Shown: piece after piece, positions 1-9,631 of the stretch
Layout of the letters: every line of letters starts with the position of its first letter
How positions within the stretch are numbered: the stretch's first letter is position 1
Origin: a virus
Taxonomy: Duplodnaviria; Caudoviricetes
Virus record (IMG/VR): IMGVR_UViG_3300037067_005519
Location: 32,001 to 96,000 of that record
Length of the DNA: 64,000 nt
Reading direction: 5' to 3' (one strand)
Notes under the pieces: generated by a model
The model's input: only the letters and a program-made list of their open reading frames with translations
What the model was told of the DNA's origin: nothing
The model's database searches: none
Translations under genes and position numbers: made by a program

Positions 1-94
1 GATGATTTTGATTTTTCCTACGACGGTCAATGAATCTCTTCCACCGATGATGTTCACCGTGATGGCATCCTGGGTCTCTTCGATTCGATGCACA

Positions 95-382
95 TCAAGT
101 TCCGGGTCCAGTTGTGATTGCAGCAGCGGTAGCAAGTCTTTCGCTTTCAATTATTCTTCTCCTATCTGCATTGAACATTGAGCAACAGCACCCGCCTCCG
201 AAGGCGGGCACCACGTCGGCGTCGGGTTGGCCAACGATCTGGTCGTACTTGTCGCAGAGCCACCGGCCCGGTCGAGTCTTGTCCGGCACCTGGAATCGGC
301 AGGCTCGATTCGTGGGGCTGGTGACTTCGCCATACGGGCAGGGGGCAATCCGACAGCAGAATCCACAGTTGACACAACTCAT
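95..382 (-). CDS. Cysteine-cluster protein (CxxCGxCC, YkgJ-like Fe-S/Zn binding)
   Basis: CVNCGFCC...C...C...C pattern; 4-nt overlap with upstream ORF. Confidence 0.6.
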   Translation of the reverse strand: MSCVNCGFCCRIAPCPYGEVTSPTNRACRFQVPDKTRPGRWLCDKYDQIVGQPDADVVPAFGGGCCCSMFNADRRRIIESERLATAAAITTGPGT

Positions 383-891
383 CGACGCCTCAAGTATACT
401 GGGTCAAACAATCGCTTCAAGAGGAGGCCGGCATAGATCGACGCATCCCGGTTTGGTGCATAGCACACCCAATGCGGCGTCTCTTTGGCCGGGCACCACA
501 GATAGCGCGGAGGATCAGGAGCCGTCCATGCCATTCCCAAGGCAGAGGCGGCAGTTTTCAAGTGACGAGTGGTAAAATCGACAATCTCTTGCTGATCGAC
601 AATTCCGACCCAACAGTGCATTTCGGGCAGGTTGCCCATCATCACGGACATGGCGCTCTCATACGCTCCTGGCGTCCACATATACGCGAAATGCGTATTC
701 GATACACCGTCGTCTTCTTCTGGCTTGATTCGGGGCCACTGCAACGAGCCGGCTTGGATCGTGGCGCGGTAGCCGTGCCGGTGGAGAATGGATAGGGCGT
801 GATGAGCGTAGTAGAGGCATAGACCCGGCCGGTCGTCCAGCTTGGAGACTTGTCGCTCGATCTCTCGGATGACTTTTGATCTATTGCCCAC
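379..891 (-). CDS. Hypothetical protein with transglutaminase/papain-like Cys-His-Asp pattern
   Basis: GLCLYYA...MHCWV...IVDFT. Confidence 0.6.
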   Translation of the reverse strand: MGNRSKVIREIERQVSKLDDRPGLCLYYAHHALSILHRHGYRATIQAGSLQWPRIKPEEDDGVSNTHFAYMWTPGAYESAMSVMMGNLPEMHCWVGIVDQQEIVDFTTRHLKTAASALGMAWTAPDPPRYLWCPAKETPHWVCYAPNRDASIYAGLLLKRLFDPVYLRRR

Positions 892-1822
892 CTTGGAATC
901 CTGTTGGAACGCGAACTACTGCCTCTCGGTGAATGACGCTGCCTTTTCTCATCACGATTCTTGGAATCATTCGGCCGTGCCCTGTGTGCATCAAGGCTGG
1001 ATGCGGCCGGCGCATGTGAGGAATGACTTCAATGTCCTTGCCGATGTTGAATCCGAACTTGTTCCGTTTCTTTGCCCTCTCAACATACTTCGGGTCTTTC
1101 GTGATCTCGTACTTGTCGCGGTCCTTGGCTAACACATCAGGCTCGATGATGTCGGGGTTGTTCTCCAAGAGGCAGAGCGTACAAGCGAGCCGAGCACAGG
1201 CTGTTCGTATCTCCTCGGGCATCTGCATTCCTCGGAAGGCACTCACATCATACGGCAAGGCGCTTAGGGATTGTTCCAGCGTCATACCGCGCTGTATCGG
1301 CAAGTTGATATAGGTGTGGACTGAATAGAATTCACCATTTGGCGCTTCTTCAACTTCGCCGGTGTCCACCCAGAGAACGAATCCGTTGAACATTTCGGTT
1401 CTGTTCTGGACGGTTGTGGGGCTGACTAGCATCGAGCGAATGTGCCAGTCTTCATCCTGCCACTTGAATTGGAGAGGCGGCCGTTCCTTGGAGAAGCGGA
1501 TGCAGAAGCAGGGCATCGGCAGATGGACAAGGCTGGTGTCCACGTCGAGATTCAGCTTCAAGAGCATCGGGGCGATCGTCGGGTAGACCTTGTAGTACGG
1601 CCGCCGGTTCTTCTCCCATAGATGCTCGCCGACCATCTGGATCGCGCAGGAAGTCGAGTGAAGGCCGGCGACGGCGAGTCCAAAGTTCCGCTTGTAGAAG
1701 CTCTCCGAGTCCTCCCCGCTCTTTCGCGGTCCTCGGTTCACCATGTCACGGGTTGTCGGGTACTCGTAGAAGTCCATGCCCCTAGTATAATTGGGGCAAT
1801 TGGGTATGTCAATGCTCCCCAA
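881..1822 (-). CDS. Phage hypothetical protein (C-terminal HxRRxH motif family)
   Basis: PHMRRPH near C-terminus; similar architecture to 12873..13832. Confidence 0.7.
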   Translation of the reverse strand: MGSIDIPNCPNYTRGMDFYEYPTTRDMVNRGPRKSGEDSESFYKRNFGLAVAGLHSTSCAIQMVGEHLWEKNRRPYYKVYPTIAPMLLKLNLDVDTSLVHLPMPCFCIRFSKERPPLQFKWQDEDWHIRSMLVSPTTVQNRTEMFNGFVLWVDTGEVEEAPNGEFYSVHTYINLPIQRGMTLEQSLSALPYDVSAFRGMQMPEEIRTACARLACTLCLLENNPDIIEPDVLAKDRDKYEITKDPKYVERAKKRNKFGFNIGKDIEVIPHMRRPHPALMHTGHGRMIPRIVMRKGSVIHREAVVRVPTGFQGGQ

Positions 1823-1886
1823 TACTCAAGAAAACGATACGGGCCAGGACCATTCCCTGGTCCTGGCCCGCCTGGCAACCGCTCCA

Positions 1887-2576
1887 TCACGCAGCGTATC
1901 GTAGGAAGTTCTGGCGGAACGAGTCCCGTTCGTCCTCCAGTCGCCGCAACAGGTCCAGCCTTGGGACGGTCGTGACCAGCAGACCTACCTCGTACCGTTG
2001 CACGTTTGGCATCTCGTCAACGTCCTGGGTGTGGGTCAGACACCACTTGAGGTAACGGCCATGACGACTTCGGTTCTTTCCGAACAACCCGGCCAATCGG
2101 CCCGGATGACCATCGGCTGTCATCAGCCAAGCGCGCTTCAACATGATCTCCCATTCGTTGCGGCTGAGCGCCCAACTTGGGGCCGGCTCCAACCGGGAAT
2201 GAGCGACTTGTTGTGGGTAGGCGACGACGGCCTGATCGGGCAGCAGCAATCCCATAGCGTGATGGAACGTGCGCTTGCCGCTGCACTGCGGACCAATCAA
2301 CAGCAAAGCCGGTTGCGGTTCGTGAGGCCGCGTGGCCAAGCCGTGGACCCATCTGTTCAGTTCCGGCGTCCGGTCTGCGGCTTGAAGTCCGACCGTTTGG
2401 CGGCCGATGTGGTTCAGGAGCCGATCCCAAGTAGGGTGAGGGGCAATCCTGACGACTTCGCTGTGGACCATTCGAGGAACGAACAGGCTGGCTGTGATAG
2501 CTGCCGCTGCTGCGCCAGCGCCTTTCAGCAGGGCGCGCCGGGAAACTTTGCGAGGACTCTTCTTTCTCTTTGACAT
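1887..2576 (-). CDS. Twin-arginine signal-like N-terminus fused to a degenerate P-loop domain paralogous to the phage primase-helicase
   Basis: SRRALLKGAGAAAAA; HPTWDRLLNHIG...LLLIGPQCSGKRTFH matches HPHWDSVLTHCG...LFLYGAQNSGKSILH of the 62037+ ORF. Confidence 0.65.
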   Translation of the reverse strand: MSKRKKSPRKVSRRALLKGAGAAAAAITASLFVPRMVHSEVVRIAPHPTWDRLLNHIGRQTVGLQAADRTPELNRWVHGLATRPHEPQPALLLIGPQCSGKRTFHHAMGLLLPDQAVVAYPQQVAHSRLEPAPSWALSRNEWEIMLKRAWLMTADGHPGRLAGLFGKNRSRHGRYLKWCLTHTQDVDEMPNVQRYEVGLLVTTVPRLDLLRRLEDERDSFRQNFLRYAA

Positions 2577-2660
2577 GATGGAGCCTTTCTGCTTTGGGTA
2601 AGGGTAAACCGGCGACACGGTAGACGGCCGTGGCGCTGGTGCCAGACGAAATACCGATAG

Positions 2661-2960
2661 TCAGTATTCGCTTCCGCCTGGCGGGCGGTGCGCGGTCAAG
2701 TCCTTGTGTTCCTCCTTCTCAGGCACAACATACGTTGGCAGGCGGAACGGTCCCTTGGCATCTGAGGGGCGTAGGATTGTTGGCGGGCGCTCGACTGGTT
2801 TGGCCTCCGGTGTCACTGGTGGAAGCCTGATGATTGCCGGGACGGTCTGGTCGCGGGCGTTGTGGCCAGTCGCTCCAGCAGTGCCATCGGACCTGATGAT
2901 GGTCATGGGTACTGCCACACACGCGACCAGGGCACAACAAAGCATTCCGATTCTTCGCAT
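2661..2960 (-). CDS. Hypothetical secreted proline-rich protein
   Basis: Signal-peptide-like N-terminus; GGAG RBS. Confidence 0.55.
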   Translation of the reverse strand: MRRIGMLCCALVACVAVPMTIIRSDGTAGATGHNARDQTVPAIIRLPPVTPEAKPVERPPTILRPSDAKGPFRLPTYVVPEKEEHKDLTAHRPPGGSEY

Positions 2961-3120
2961 GATCTTCTCCTGGGTTGCCTATGGTAAGTTGCGAGGGATG
3001 TTCCGGGGCGAGTGTCGGTCGCCTCTTTCGGTTGCCCAAGCTGGGTGAAATAGGTATCGACTGCCAATCGAGAAATCTGCGGAGGCTACAGAAAGTTTCC
3101 AGTTAGCGCGAACTTTCACA

Positions 3121-4170
3121 TCAGGACGCTAATTCCTCATTTGATGGGAAAAGGAGTGGCGCGATGCCAAGCCATTCCATCTTCTCTTCCAATTCCGTCC
3201 GCTCCCGGCTGCTCAGCGGCTTCATGCAGACTGTCCAGTTAGGGTGCAGGGCCTTCCTGATTTCGTGTTGTTCTGCATAACTCAGTGTTATGCTGTTCAG
3301 ACGGTAGTCCTCGAAGGCTTCCCACGTCACCGGGAATAGCGGCTTGATAAGTTCGGCAATGGCATTCGCGTAAGTACGGATTTCCAACTGCGCGTGTTTG
3401 TCCATTCGCAGTTCGAGGAAATGAAGGAGGTTATGCAAGTCGATCTTCCAATACGCCTCGGTGTAGGTCGAGAGCGGTAAGTCCTTGCGCGCCTGCTCGC
3501 GGGCGATGCCAAAGTTCAATCGCTCTTGGTAAGTCTTGCGGGCGTATGCCTGCACGTTTGCTTCGGCTGCCGAGAGATACTTCGTTGGCGTGAACTCTGG
3601 GTCGTAGGTAATCATCCGGGGCACGTCGTCACCATCGAGCACGACGTAGCCGCCTCGATCGTCATTGCGAGGCTCGACGCGATAGCCCCCCGGCCATTCC
3701 AATTCTCCGCTGCCCGATCCCTGCTTATTGTTGCTGCTCTGCAATCGCCAGGTCTCGGCGGTTTGCATCGAGTCGATCGCCTCCGAGTATCGAGTCGAGT
3801 ATTCGTTCACGCTGGCCGTGCGATGGCGAATCCATTGCCGCCAAGTATCCATGCCGACGCGAACATGCAGTTTCACTTCGCACATTTCCAGCGGTGTGGT
3901 ATGGCGATGGCGCACCAGGTAGCGGATCAGCGAACGATCATCGCTGGGCGTCTTGGTTCCCTTGCCGTAGCTCACGCGGGCAGCCTGGACGATTGCGGCG
4001 TCATTACCCATGACATCAACAAAACGAACAAATCCGTCAGGCGGGACTTCGATTAGCCGCCCCGCTTCTCGCTCATCGCGCATCATCAACAATCTGCCAT
4101 GCTCAGCGATTTGTTGTTCGTTGGCACCACGTACATTTTCAACTTCTGCTAGTCTTGACTGGAGACTCAT
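3121..4170 (-). CDS. thyX: FAD-dependent thymidylate synthase
   Basis: AARVSY, HTTPLE, RHRTASVNEYSTRY (RHRx7SxR), REQAR motifs. Confidence 0.97.
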   Translation of the reverse strand: MSLQSRLAEVENVRGANEQQIAEHGRLLMMRDEREAGRLIEVPPDGFVRFVDVMGNDAAIVQAARVSYGKGTKTPSDDRSLIRYLVRHRHTTPLEMCEVKLHVRVGMDTWRQWIRHRTASVNEYSTRYSEAIDSMQTAETWRLQSSNNKQGSGSGELEWPGGYRVEPRNDDRGGYVVLDGDDVPRMITYDPEFTPTKYLSAAEANVQAYARKTYQERLNFGIAREQARKDLPLSTYTEAYWKIDLHNLLHFLELRMDKHAQLEIRTYANAIAELIKPLFPVTWEAFEDYRLNSITLSYAEQHEIRKALHPNWTVCMKPLSSRERTELEEKMEWLGIAPLLFPSNEELAS

Positions 4171-4199
4171 GGTATTCCCGTTCGGTAATAAAGGTGGGG

Positions 4200-4430
4200 T
4201 TAGTTGGTGGGTTTGGTGATCCGTTTGACGTATTGAGCGATCTTTTGTTCCCGATCGGGATCACGCATGAATCGCAACACGAGCTTGTTCAGCAGGATGT
4301 CGCAGCGTTTGCAGATCGGGCGATATACGTTGTTGTCGGCGCAGACTTGCCATTGGTACTCAGATGGCCGACCGCAGCGGAAGCACGGTAGCCGGCGGAT
4401 GCCGGCCTGGCTGTAGGGTCTGGTTCTCAT
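4200..4430 (-). CDS. Small zinc-finger protein
   Basis: CFRCG...CKRC; coupled to upstream ORF. Confidence 0.55.
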   Translation of the reverse strand: MRTRPYSQAGIRRLPCFRCGRPSEYQWQVCADNNVYRPICKRCDILLNKLVLRFMRDPDREQKIAQYVKRITKPTN

Positions 4431-5383
4431 GCGGGCACGTATTCCCAGTTCAATCCTTGGTATGACCCCTTGCCCTTCAAGGACTGGTAGAGGCCCGAAC
4501 TGCCGAATCCCGCCTTCAAGGCGTCAATCACCTGGCCGAATTCATGCACAACTTCTCCCTCTGGCGTCACGGCACGGATCGGCCGCTTGTTGCCCGGACG
4601 CCGAGTATTGAGGAAAGCCGACAAGGCACTCTCTTTGGGTGTTTCCGGTACTGGCGTCTCAACTTTTGGTTCCCAGACGACGCCGGGACCAAGGGCCTCT
4701 TGACCGGACTGGTTGGCATACCAGGCGGCGACCGCTTCCTGTCGTGTTGGCCGGAAGATCGTTCTATTCTCAAGGCGTACACCCCAGAGGTTCTGATTTA
4801 CATCCAGGTAGACAGCCGCCGTCAGCCGTTTGATCTCGTCTCGTCGTTGGGCGGCGGTCAGCATCGAGTTGGCGATCTCCGGTACGTCGGCGATGGCGCT
4901 GTCCTCGTTGGGTTTCACCCAATAGCGCCAAAGCATCTTTCGGTGCTTCACTGCCCTGCCATCGAGCACCTTGCGCACGGCGTCCCTGTCGAATCCTGCT
5001 TTTCCTGCGGCCTCAATGCTGGGGAAGAACTCGATTCTTCCCGTGAGAGGGTCAATCGCCTCGATTGCGCGCAGGTCCGTCACGGGCTTCTTTGGAGCCG
5101 GCGGCACTGGCGGTGTTGGCGGCTCTGACACGGGTGGTGCAACTGTCGGAACTTCACTCTGGAATCGCCAGCGCACGCCGTATGCCATGTTGTCGCGGGT
5201 TCCCAGCACCTTGAGGACATTGGGATAGCCGGCCGCGAGGACGGCTCGTGGGTTCTCAAACGTGTGCAGAAGGCTTCCACTGTTGTTGCTGTAGGTCTCA
5301 ACTGGTTCATCAGGAAGATTCCTGAGCACTTTGTCAGTGGCTAATCTGCGAAAGAACATTCGGATTGGATGAAATGGGTTCAT
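4427..5383 (-). CDS. Protein with two NUMOD1/IENR1-like HTH DNA-binding modules
   Basis: FPSIEAAGKAGFDRDAVRKVL...HRKMLWRY and EFGQVIDALKAGFGSSGLYQSL...YQGLNWEY. Confidence 0.7.
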   Translation of the reverse strand: MNPFHPIRMFFRRLATDKVLRNLPDEPVETYSNNSGSLLHTFENPRAVLAAGYPNVLKVLGTRDNMAYGVRWRFQSEVPTVAPPVSEPPTPPVPPAPKKPVTDLRAIEAIDPLTGRIEFFPSIEAAGKAGFDRDAVRKVLDGRAVKHRKMLWRYWVKPNEDSAIADVPEIANSMLTAAQRRDEIKRLTAAVYLDVNQNLWGVRLENRTIFRPTRQEAVAAWYANQSGQEALGPGVVWEPKVETPVPETPKESALSAFLNTRRPGNKRPIRAVTPEGEVVHEFGQVIDALKAGFGSSGLYQSLKGKGSYQGLNWEYVPA

Positions 5384-5417
5384 TGGTATCCTCTTTTATT
5401 GAAAGATTGGTTGTAAC

Positions 5418-6200
5418 TTACACGGCAGTAGCGTAGGCCCACTTTAGATTCTTGTAGAGTTCTCCACGTCGTATTGACCGATAGATGCCCTCTTTGTTGA
5501 AGCCAGCACTAATCGCGTCGGCGAATCGAGGGAATTCGTGAATGACTTCGCCGTTGCTATTGGTAGCCTTAACTGGCCTGATGCGCGGTCGCGTGGTAAC
5601 GCCCAGCACTTTGCGTAACTTTGCGATTCCGTTTTCAGCACGTTTCTCTATGGTCGTCTGACTGACGTGGAGCAATTCGGCTGCTTCTGCCGCCGTCATA
5701 CCACGACAGTGGTAAAGTTCGATGGCATCCTTCTGATTTGGTGGCAGGCTCTCAAGAGCAACCTTCGCTTCCGTCTGGAGTCCAAGAGCACGAGCTTCAC
5801 ACTCTGTCAACACACTGTCCTTGTCTGGAAGGTTACTGGCTCCCGATTGTCGATGCAGCAGATTGTCATCTGTCATTCCTGAGTCTACGAGCGTGTCGAT
5901 GGTGCTTGCGCTGGACAGTACATCAGTTTCTTCGCTTCGCTTCCGGTCAAGACACAAGTTCTGAGTTATCCTGAATAAGAAGCTCTCGGCCGAACGGATT
6001 GGTTCTGCCGGTGCCTTGAGTTCGAGGAGCTTGGAGAAGGTGTCTTGTATAATGTCCTCAGCGTCCTCCGGCGATTTTAGGATGCGGAGACTAAGGCGAT
6101 AGAGTCGGGGCTGCATCCGTTCATACAGGATCGTGAACAGTTCGTGATCCTTCGTTTCCAGATACTTGGTCAACAGTTCTTCATCAGTCATGTTTGGCAT
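5418..6200 (-). CDS. ECF-type RNA polymerase sigma factor with C-terminal NUMOD1-like domain
   Basis: Region 2 AEDIIQDTF/FLFRITQNLCLD; region 4 LPPNQKDAIEL...GMTAAEAAELL; tail EFPRFADAISAGF...YKNLKWAY. Confidence 0.9.
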   Translation of the reverse strand: MPNMTDEELLTKYLETKDHELFTILYERMQPRLYRLSLRILKSPEDAEDIIQDTFSKLLELKAPAEPIRSAESFLFRITQNLCLDRKRSEETDVLSSASTIDTLVDSGMTDDNLLHRQSGASNLPDKDSVLTECEARALGLQTEAKVALESLPPNQKDAIELYHCRGMTAAEAAELLHVSQTTIEKRAENGIAKLRKVLGVTTRPRIRPVKATNSNGEVIHEFPRFADAISAGFNKEGIYRSIRRGELYKNLKWAYATAV

Positions 6201-6401
6201 AGGTTCCTCACGGCGAGATGTTAAGGTGTGACGATTAGGTAGGTATGGAAACGTAGATCGTTATTTCTGAGAAGCAAATCCAATTAGCGAAACTTTTCCG
6301 GCACCGAAGACCAGCGAGGTTGGGTCATAGTTGTTATGCCGCTTGTGCGGGCCTTGTGCTAGCTATTTGAGTCTGGTCGCCGGTTATTCGATCTAATAAG
6401 C

Positions 6402-6671
6402 ATGAACAGAAATCACTACATGGCCCTGGGAACGATTTTGCTGCTGATCGGGGCGACGATCTTCAAGATAGATGCCGTCACCCTCAACGAGGAATCCACC
6501 AAATTCCTTGCTCAGCAGTTGGAAACACCAGCCGGTGAAGGAGGCTTGCTTGCTTCAACGGCCACTGTGAAGAAGACCATTCCCATTCCTACCTGGCCTC
6601 GTTTCCTTTGCATCAGTCTTGGCGCAATCCTTATGCTTCACGCGATCGGAATGGCAAAGCCTGGTGGGTGA
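6402..6671 (+). CDS. Small two-TM membrane protein
   Basis: Two hydrophobic helices; resembles 9028..9273. Confidence 0.65.
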   Translation: MNRNHYMALGTILLLIGATIFKIDAVTLNEESTKFLAQQLETPAGEGGLLASTATVKKTIPIPTWPRFLCISLGAILMLHAIGMAKPGG

Positions 6672-6793
6672 CCGACTGTAGCGATTCTGCGGGCGCACGA
6701 ACAGTTTCCACAGTTTACCCAGGATACCAACCGATCCACTCGGTAGGCGCATCCGCAACATCGCGGAAGCCTACTACTTTAAGGAGAAGCCAG

Positions 6794-7471
6794 ATGAAGA
6801 GCTTCCTGATGATGGCCGCCACCCTGGCGGCCTTGGCGTATGCGTCGGTCACGATGGCCGAGAGCCTACCGCCAGTCCCGAAGACCGCCACCGGCACGGT
6901 GACGGCGATTGTTGTTCCGAAGACCGAAGCCAAGGTTGAGACCAAGACCGAGACCAAGACTGAGGTTGCTCCGGCTCCGTTGCCCTCAGCGTTGAAGGTG
7001 ACGGAGAAAACTGAGGCAACTTGCGAAGCGGCTCCCATGCCGCCGGTGCCTTGCAGCGGTAAGGTTGACGCCACTACGCACAAATGTAAGTGCAGGACGT
7101 GCTCGCGGAAGCCGATCGAGACCTCAGTGGTGTTCGTCACCAATGAGTTGCTCCGCAAGCCGATCTACGACGTGGAGAAGGCCCTGTGGGAGGCCGAGGG
7201 TCGCCGGCTGAATCGGGAGAATACTCGATTGAGCGAAGAGGCCGAGGAGCTTATGGCCAAGTCAGCGAAGCTGGCCGAGAAGATCAAGGCGACTGACAAG
7301 AGCGACCTCCATGCCAAGCTCGTGCTCATCAAGCAGGAGCGCGCCTACGCGACCCAGGTCAACAACTTGGCCGTGCGTCGCGCCGCCTTGGAGTTGAAGC
7401 AGGCTGAGCACGCCGAGCAAGGCAAGAAGCTCGACGCCAAGCACATGAAGTTGTTTCACAAAGCCGGTTAA
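6794..7471 (+). CDS. Secreted coiled-coil protein
   Basis: AAGGAG RBS, signal peptide MKSFLMMAATLAALAYA, strong codon bias, followed by terminator. Confidence 0.75.
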   Translation: MKSFLMMAATLAALAYASVTMAESLPPVPKTATGTVTAIVVPKTEAKVETKTETKTEVAPAPLPSALKVTEKTEATCEAAPMPPVPCSGKVDATTHKCKCRTCSRKPIETSVVFVTNELLRKPIYDVEKALWEAEGRRLNRENTRLSEEAEELMAKSAKLAEKIKATDKSDLHAKLVLIKQERAYATQVNNLAVRRAALELKQAEHAEQGKKLDAKHMKLFHKAG

Positions 7472-7494
7472 TCACCTTTCCGGCGCTAAGGGTT

Positions 7495-7536
7495 AAGGCC
7501 GCCAGTCGTTGCCGACACTGGCGGCCTTTCCTTTTC
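7495..7536 (+). terminator. Rho-independent terminator
   Basis: AAGGCCGCCAGT/ACTGGCGGCCTT stem followed by TCCTTTTC. Confidence 0.75.
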
Positions 7537-7884
7537 ATGGAGGATCGCATGAAGACGTATCGAGTCGAATACAATGCCAACGGCGAATGGATACCTGGCA
7601 GCCTGGTGCAGATGGCACCACGGCATCTCAAGTGGTATCTTGAATTCCTTGCCGGCGATCGTCCGCTGGTATCGTTCGTCAAGGCCGAAGGTCGGCTGGT
7701 GGCAAAGAAGATCGTTCACCGCGTAAAGAAGAAGTGCCTGCCGACACGAGTTCGTGCTATCGAGCCAGTCTGGATTGACGAGGACGGCTACTATCTATTC
7801 GATGGTACAAACCTGGAGTTCATCAGCCTATCTGAACTGGACGGCCAAAGGGTGCGTCTACCCAGGAACCGTCGTCGAGCTTAG
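7537..7884 (+). CDS. Hypothetical protein
   Basis: ORF with GGAGG before the second ATG. Confidence 0.55.
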   Translation: MEDRMKTYRVEYNANGEWIPGSLVQMAPRHLKWYLEFLAGDRPLVSFVKAEGRLVAKKIVHRVKKKCLPTRVRAIEPVWIDEDGYYLFDGTNLEFISLSELDGQRVRLPRNRRRA

Positions 7885-8040
7885 TCAGCAACTCGCACTG
7901 CTTGCATCCTAACAAGGCGAAGGGAGCCGGTACGCCTTCATCAAAGAGAACGGTCAGGCTGCGGCCGTTTCGGCTGGCAAGTTCGATGACGCCTTGTAGC
8001 CGCCGGCCGGCGATCGTTACGATGATGGGATCACCTTTTC

Positions 8041-8595
8041 TCATCGTGTGTACTCACCCCGCTCAAACCGTTCTATTGCGGACAGCAGCGGAAGATGCTT
8101 GGACTGGGCATTCGTCAGTATGCTGGCCAATTGGTTCTTGGTTCCTTCTTGCAAGGCTTGTTGGCCAAAGAGAATGTCCATCACGATAAGGGACTGAGTT
8201 TTGCCATCCTTGAATCCTAATCCTGCTGAATGACATCCGAATTTGGGAACACAAGGGTTATGAGCGTAGTACCAGGGATGGTCAGGGAAAAGGAGGCTGC
8301 CCACTGCCGCACACCAGGGCGCAATGATATTGCAATGGCCTGTGATACGATACCAATTTGGGCTGTCAGACTTAGGAGGCGATGCCTCTAGTAGATGCCA
8401 GTTGGGAGATTGCCGGCTGGAGAACCACCACGGTCCCAGATTACGGTCCCATGTTGTCTCTAATGTAGAGCATAGCACGTTCATTCCGGCATCTAGGGCA
8501 CGGAGAACGAGAGGATTGTTGGCGACAGCCAATACCCGACGCCATTGACGTTGGTCATCGAAGTCAAAGATTTGGATTTTCAAGGTTTTCTGCAT
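8041..8595 (-). CDS. Hypothetical protein (possible Cys-His-Asp fold)
   Basis: GHCNII...CHSAG...VMDIL; tight operon spacing. Confidence 0.55.
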   Translation of the reverse strand: MQKTLKIQIFDFDDQRQWRRVLAVANNPLVLRALDAGMNVLCSTLETTWDRNLGPWWFSSRQSPNWHLLEASPPKSDSPNWYRITGHCNIIAPWCAAVGSLLFPDHPWYYAHNPCVPKFGCHSAGLGFKDGKTQSLIVMDILFGQQALQEGTKNQLASILTNAQSKHLPLLSAIERFERGEYTR

Positions 8596-8596
8596 G

Positions 8597-8995
8597 TCAG
8601 TTCATTTCTGCCTCGGTGGCCACGATCCGCATCCACGGCTTCTGTAGTAGTATCTCAAGGGCCTGGTCGCCTGGCAGATTGAGATCGACTCGTTCCCACA
8701 TGGACCCGCCATGCCGCGCCGAGGTCATCTTGGCAATCTGGTCGAAGGGCAGGATCAACTTTGTTCTCGGCGTGTGGCCCCGTAGCGTGAACCCATGCCA
8801 GTTGGAGCGGATGACCCGCTCTCGCTTGTCAAAGTAGGCGAAGCGATGCCTGGCCTCGTACAGGCCGTCCGGCCGACGCCAGATAGCAGCGATCCAGTTC
8901 ATGTTGGCAACGCCGGTAGCCTTCTGGTATTCAGCCGAGGGCTGATCTGCAAACCAGTGGGCGATGAAGAAGTTGTCGGGCGCGTAGACGATCAT
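8597..8995 (-). CDS. Hypothetical protein
   Basis: Operon-like spacing. Confidence 0.6.
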   Translation of the reverse strand: MIVYAPDNFFIAHWFADQPSAEYQKATGVANMNWIAAIWRRPDGLYEARHRFAYFDKRERVIRSNWHGFTLRGHTPRTKLILPFDQIAKMTSARHGGSMWERVDLNLPGDQALEILLQKPWMRIVATEAEMN

Positions 8996-9027
8996 CCCGC
9001 TAGTCTAACTGGGGGACTGTCCTGTGT

Positions 9028-9273
9028 CTACTTCTTGCCGTTGAGCTTGGCAGGTAGCGTGCATGTCCATAAGCACAAAACCACCCCTGATCCAATGTAA
9101 GCCCACGGCTTCCAAGGCTCAGGCACGACGACCTTAGCGGTGGGCGTCACGATGCCAAACGTGCTGGTGTTCATGGACGCTTTTGGCCGGACAGTATAAC
9201 TGTCAACGGCATGGAGTGCCAATCCAAGAATGAGTAGGAAGGCCCCAATTCCGAGGGATACCGATTTAATCAT
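9028..9273 (-). CDS. Small two-TM membrane protein
   Basis: Two hydrophobic helices; resembles 6402..6671; coupled to csrA. Confidence 0.65.
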   Translation of the reverse strand: MIKSVSLGIGAFLLILGLALHAVDSYTVRPKASMNTSTFGIVTPTAKVVVPEPWKPWAYIGSGVVLCLWTCTLPAKLNGKK

Positions 9274-9442
9274 GGATTTTCTCCCGCTGTATCTGCTCGT
9301 AGACCTCTTGGCGGTGTACGGGCACTTCTTTCGGTGCCTCGACTCCGAGTCTGACTTTATCGCCGCGAACGTCAACGACGGTCACTACGATGTTGTCGTT
9401 GATTATAATGCTCTCATTCCGTAGTCTGGATAAGACTAGCAT
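9266..9442 (-). CDS. csrA: Carbon storage regulator CsrA/RsmA
   Basis: MLVLSR..ESIIINDNIVVTVVDVRGDKVRLGVEAPKEVPVHRQEVY; AAGGAG RBS. Confidence 0.97.
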   Translation of the reverse strand: MLVLSRLRNESIIINDNIVVTVVDVRGDKVRLGVEAPKEVPVHRQEVYEQIQREKIHD

Positions 9443-9631
9443 GGCAGGCTCCTTCCACAATTAGTATCGGCCCGGTGGCCTGGCGAAAATAAGTCGTCTA
9501 GGCAATTCCATCGGACGCCCGACACTTTCCTCAAGACAAGCATAGCACGCGGATTGGTGCCAGGCATCGGATTTCGGTCTTGATCCTTGGTGGCCGGCGT
9601 GATATTCTACGCGACCGGAAAGGAGGGTTCG

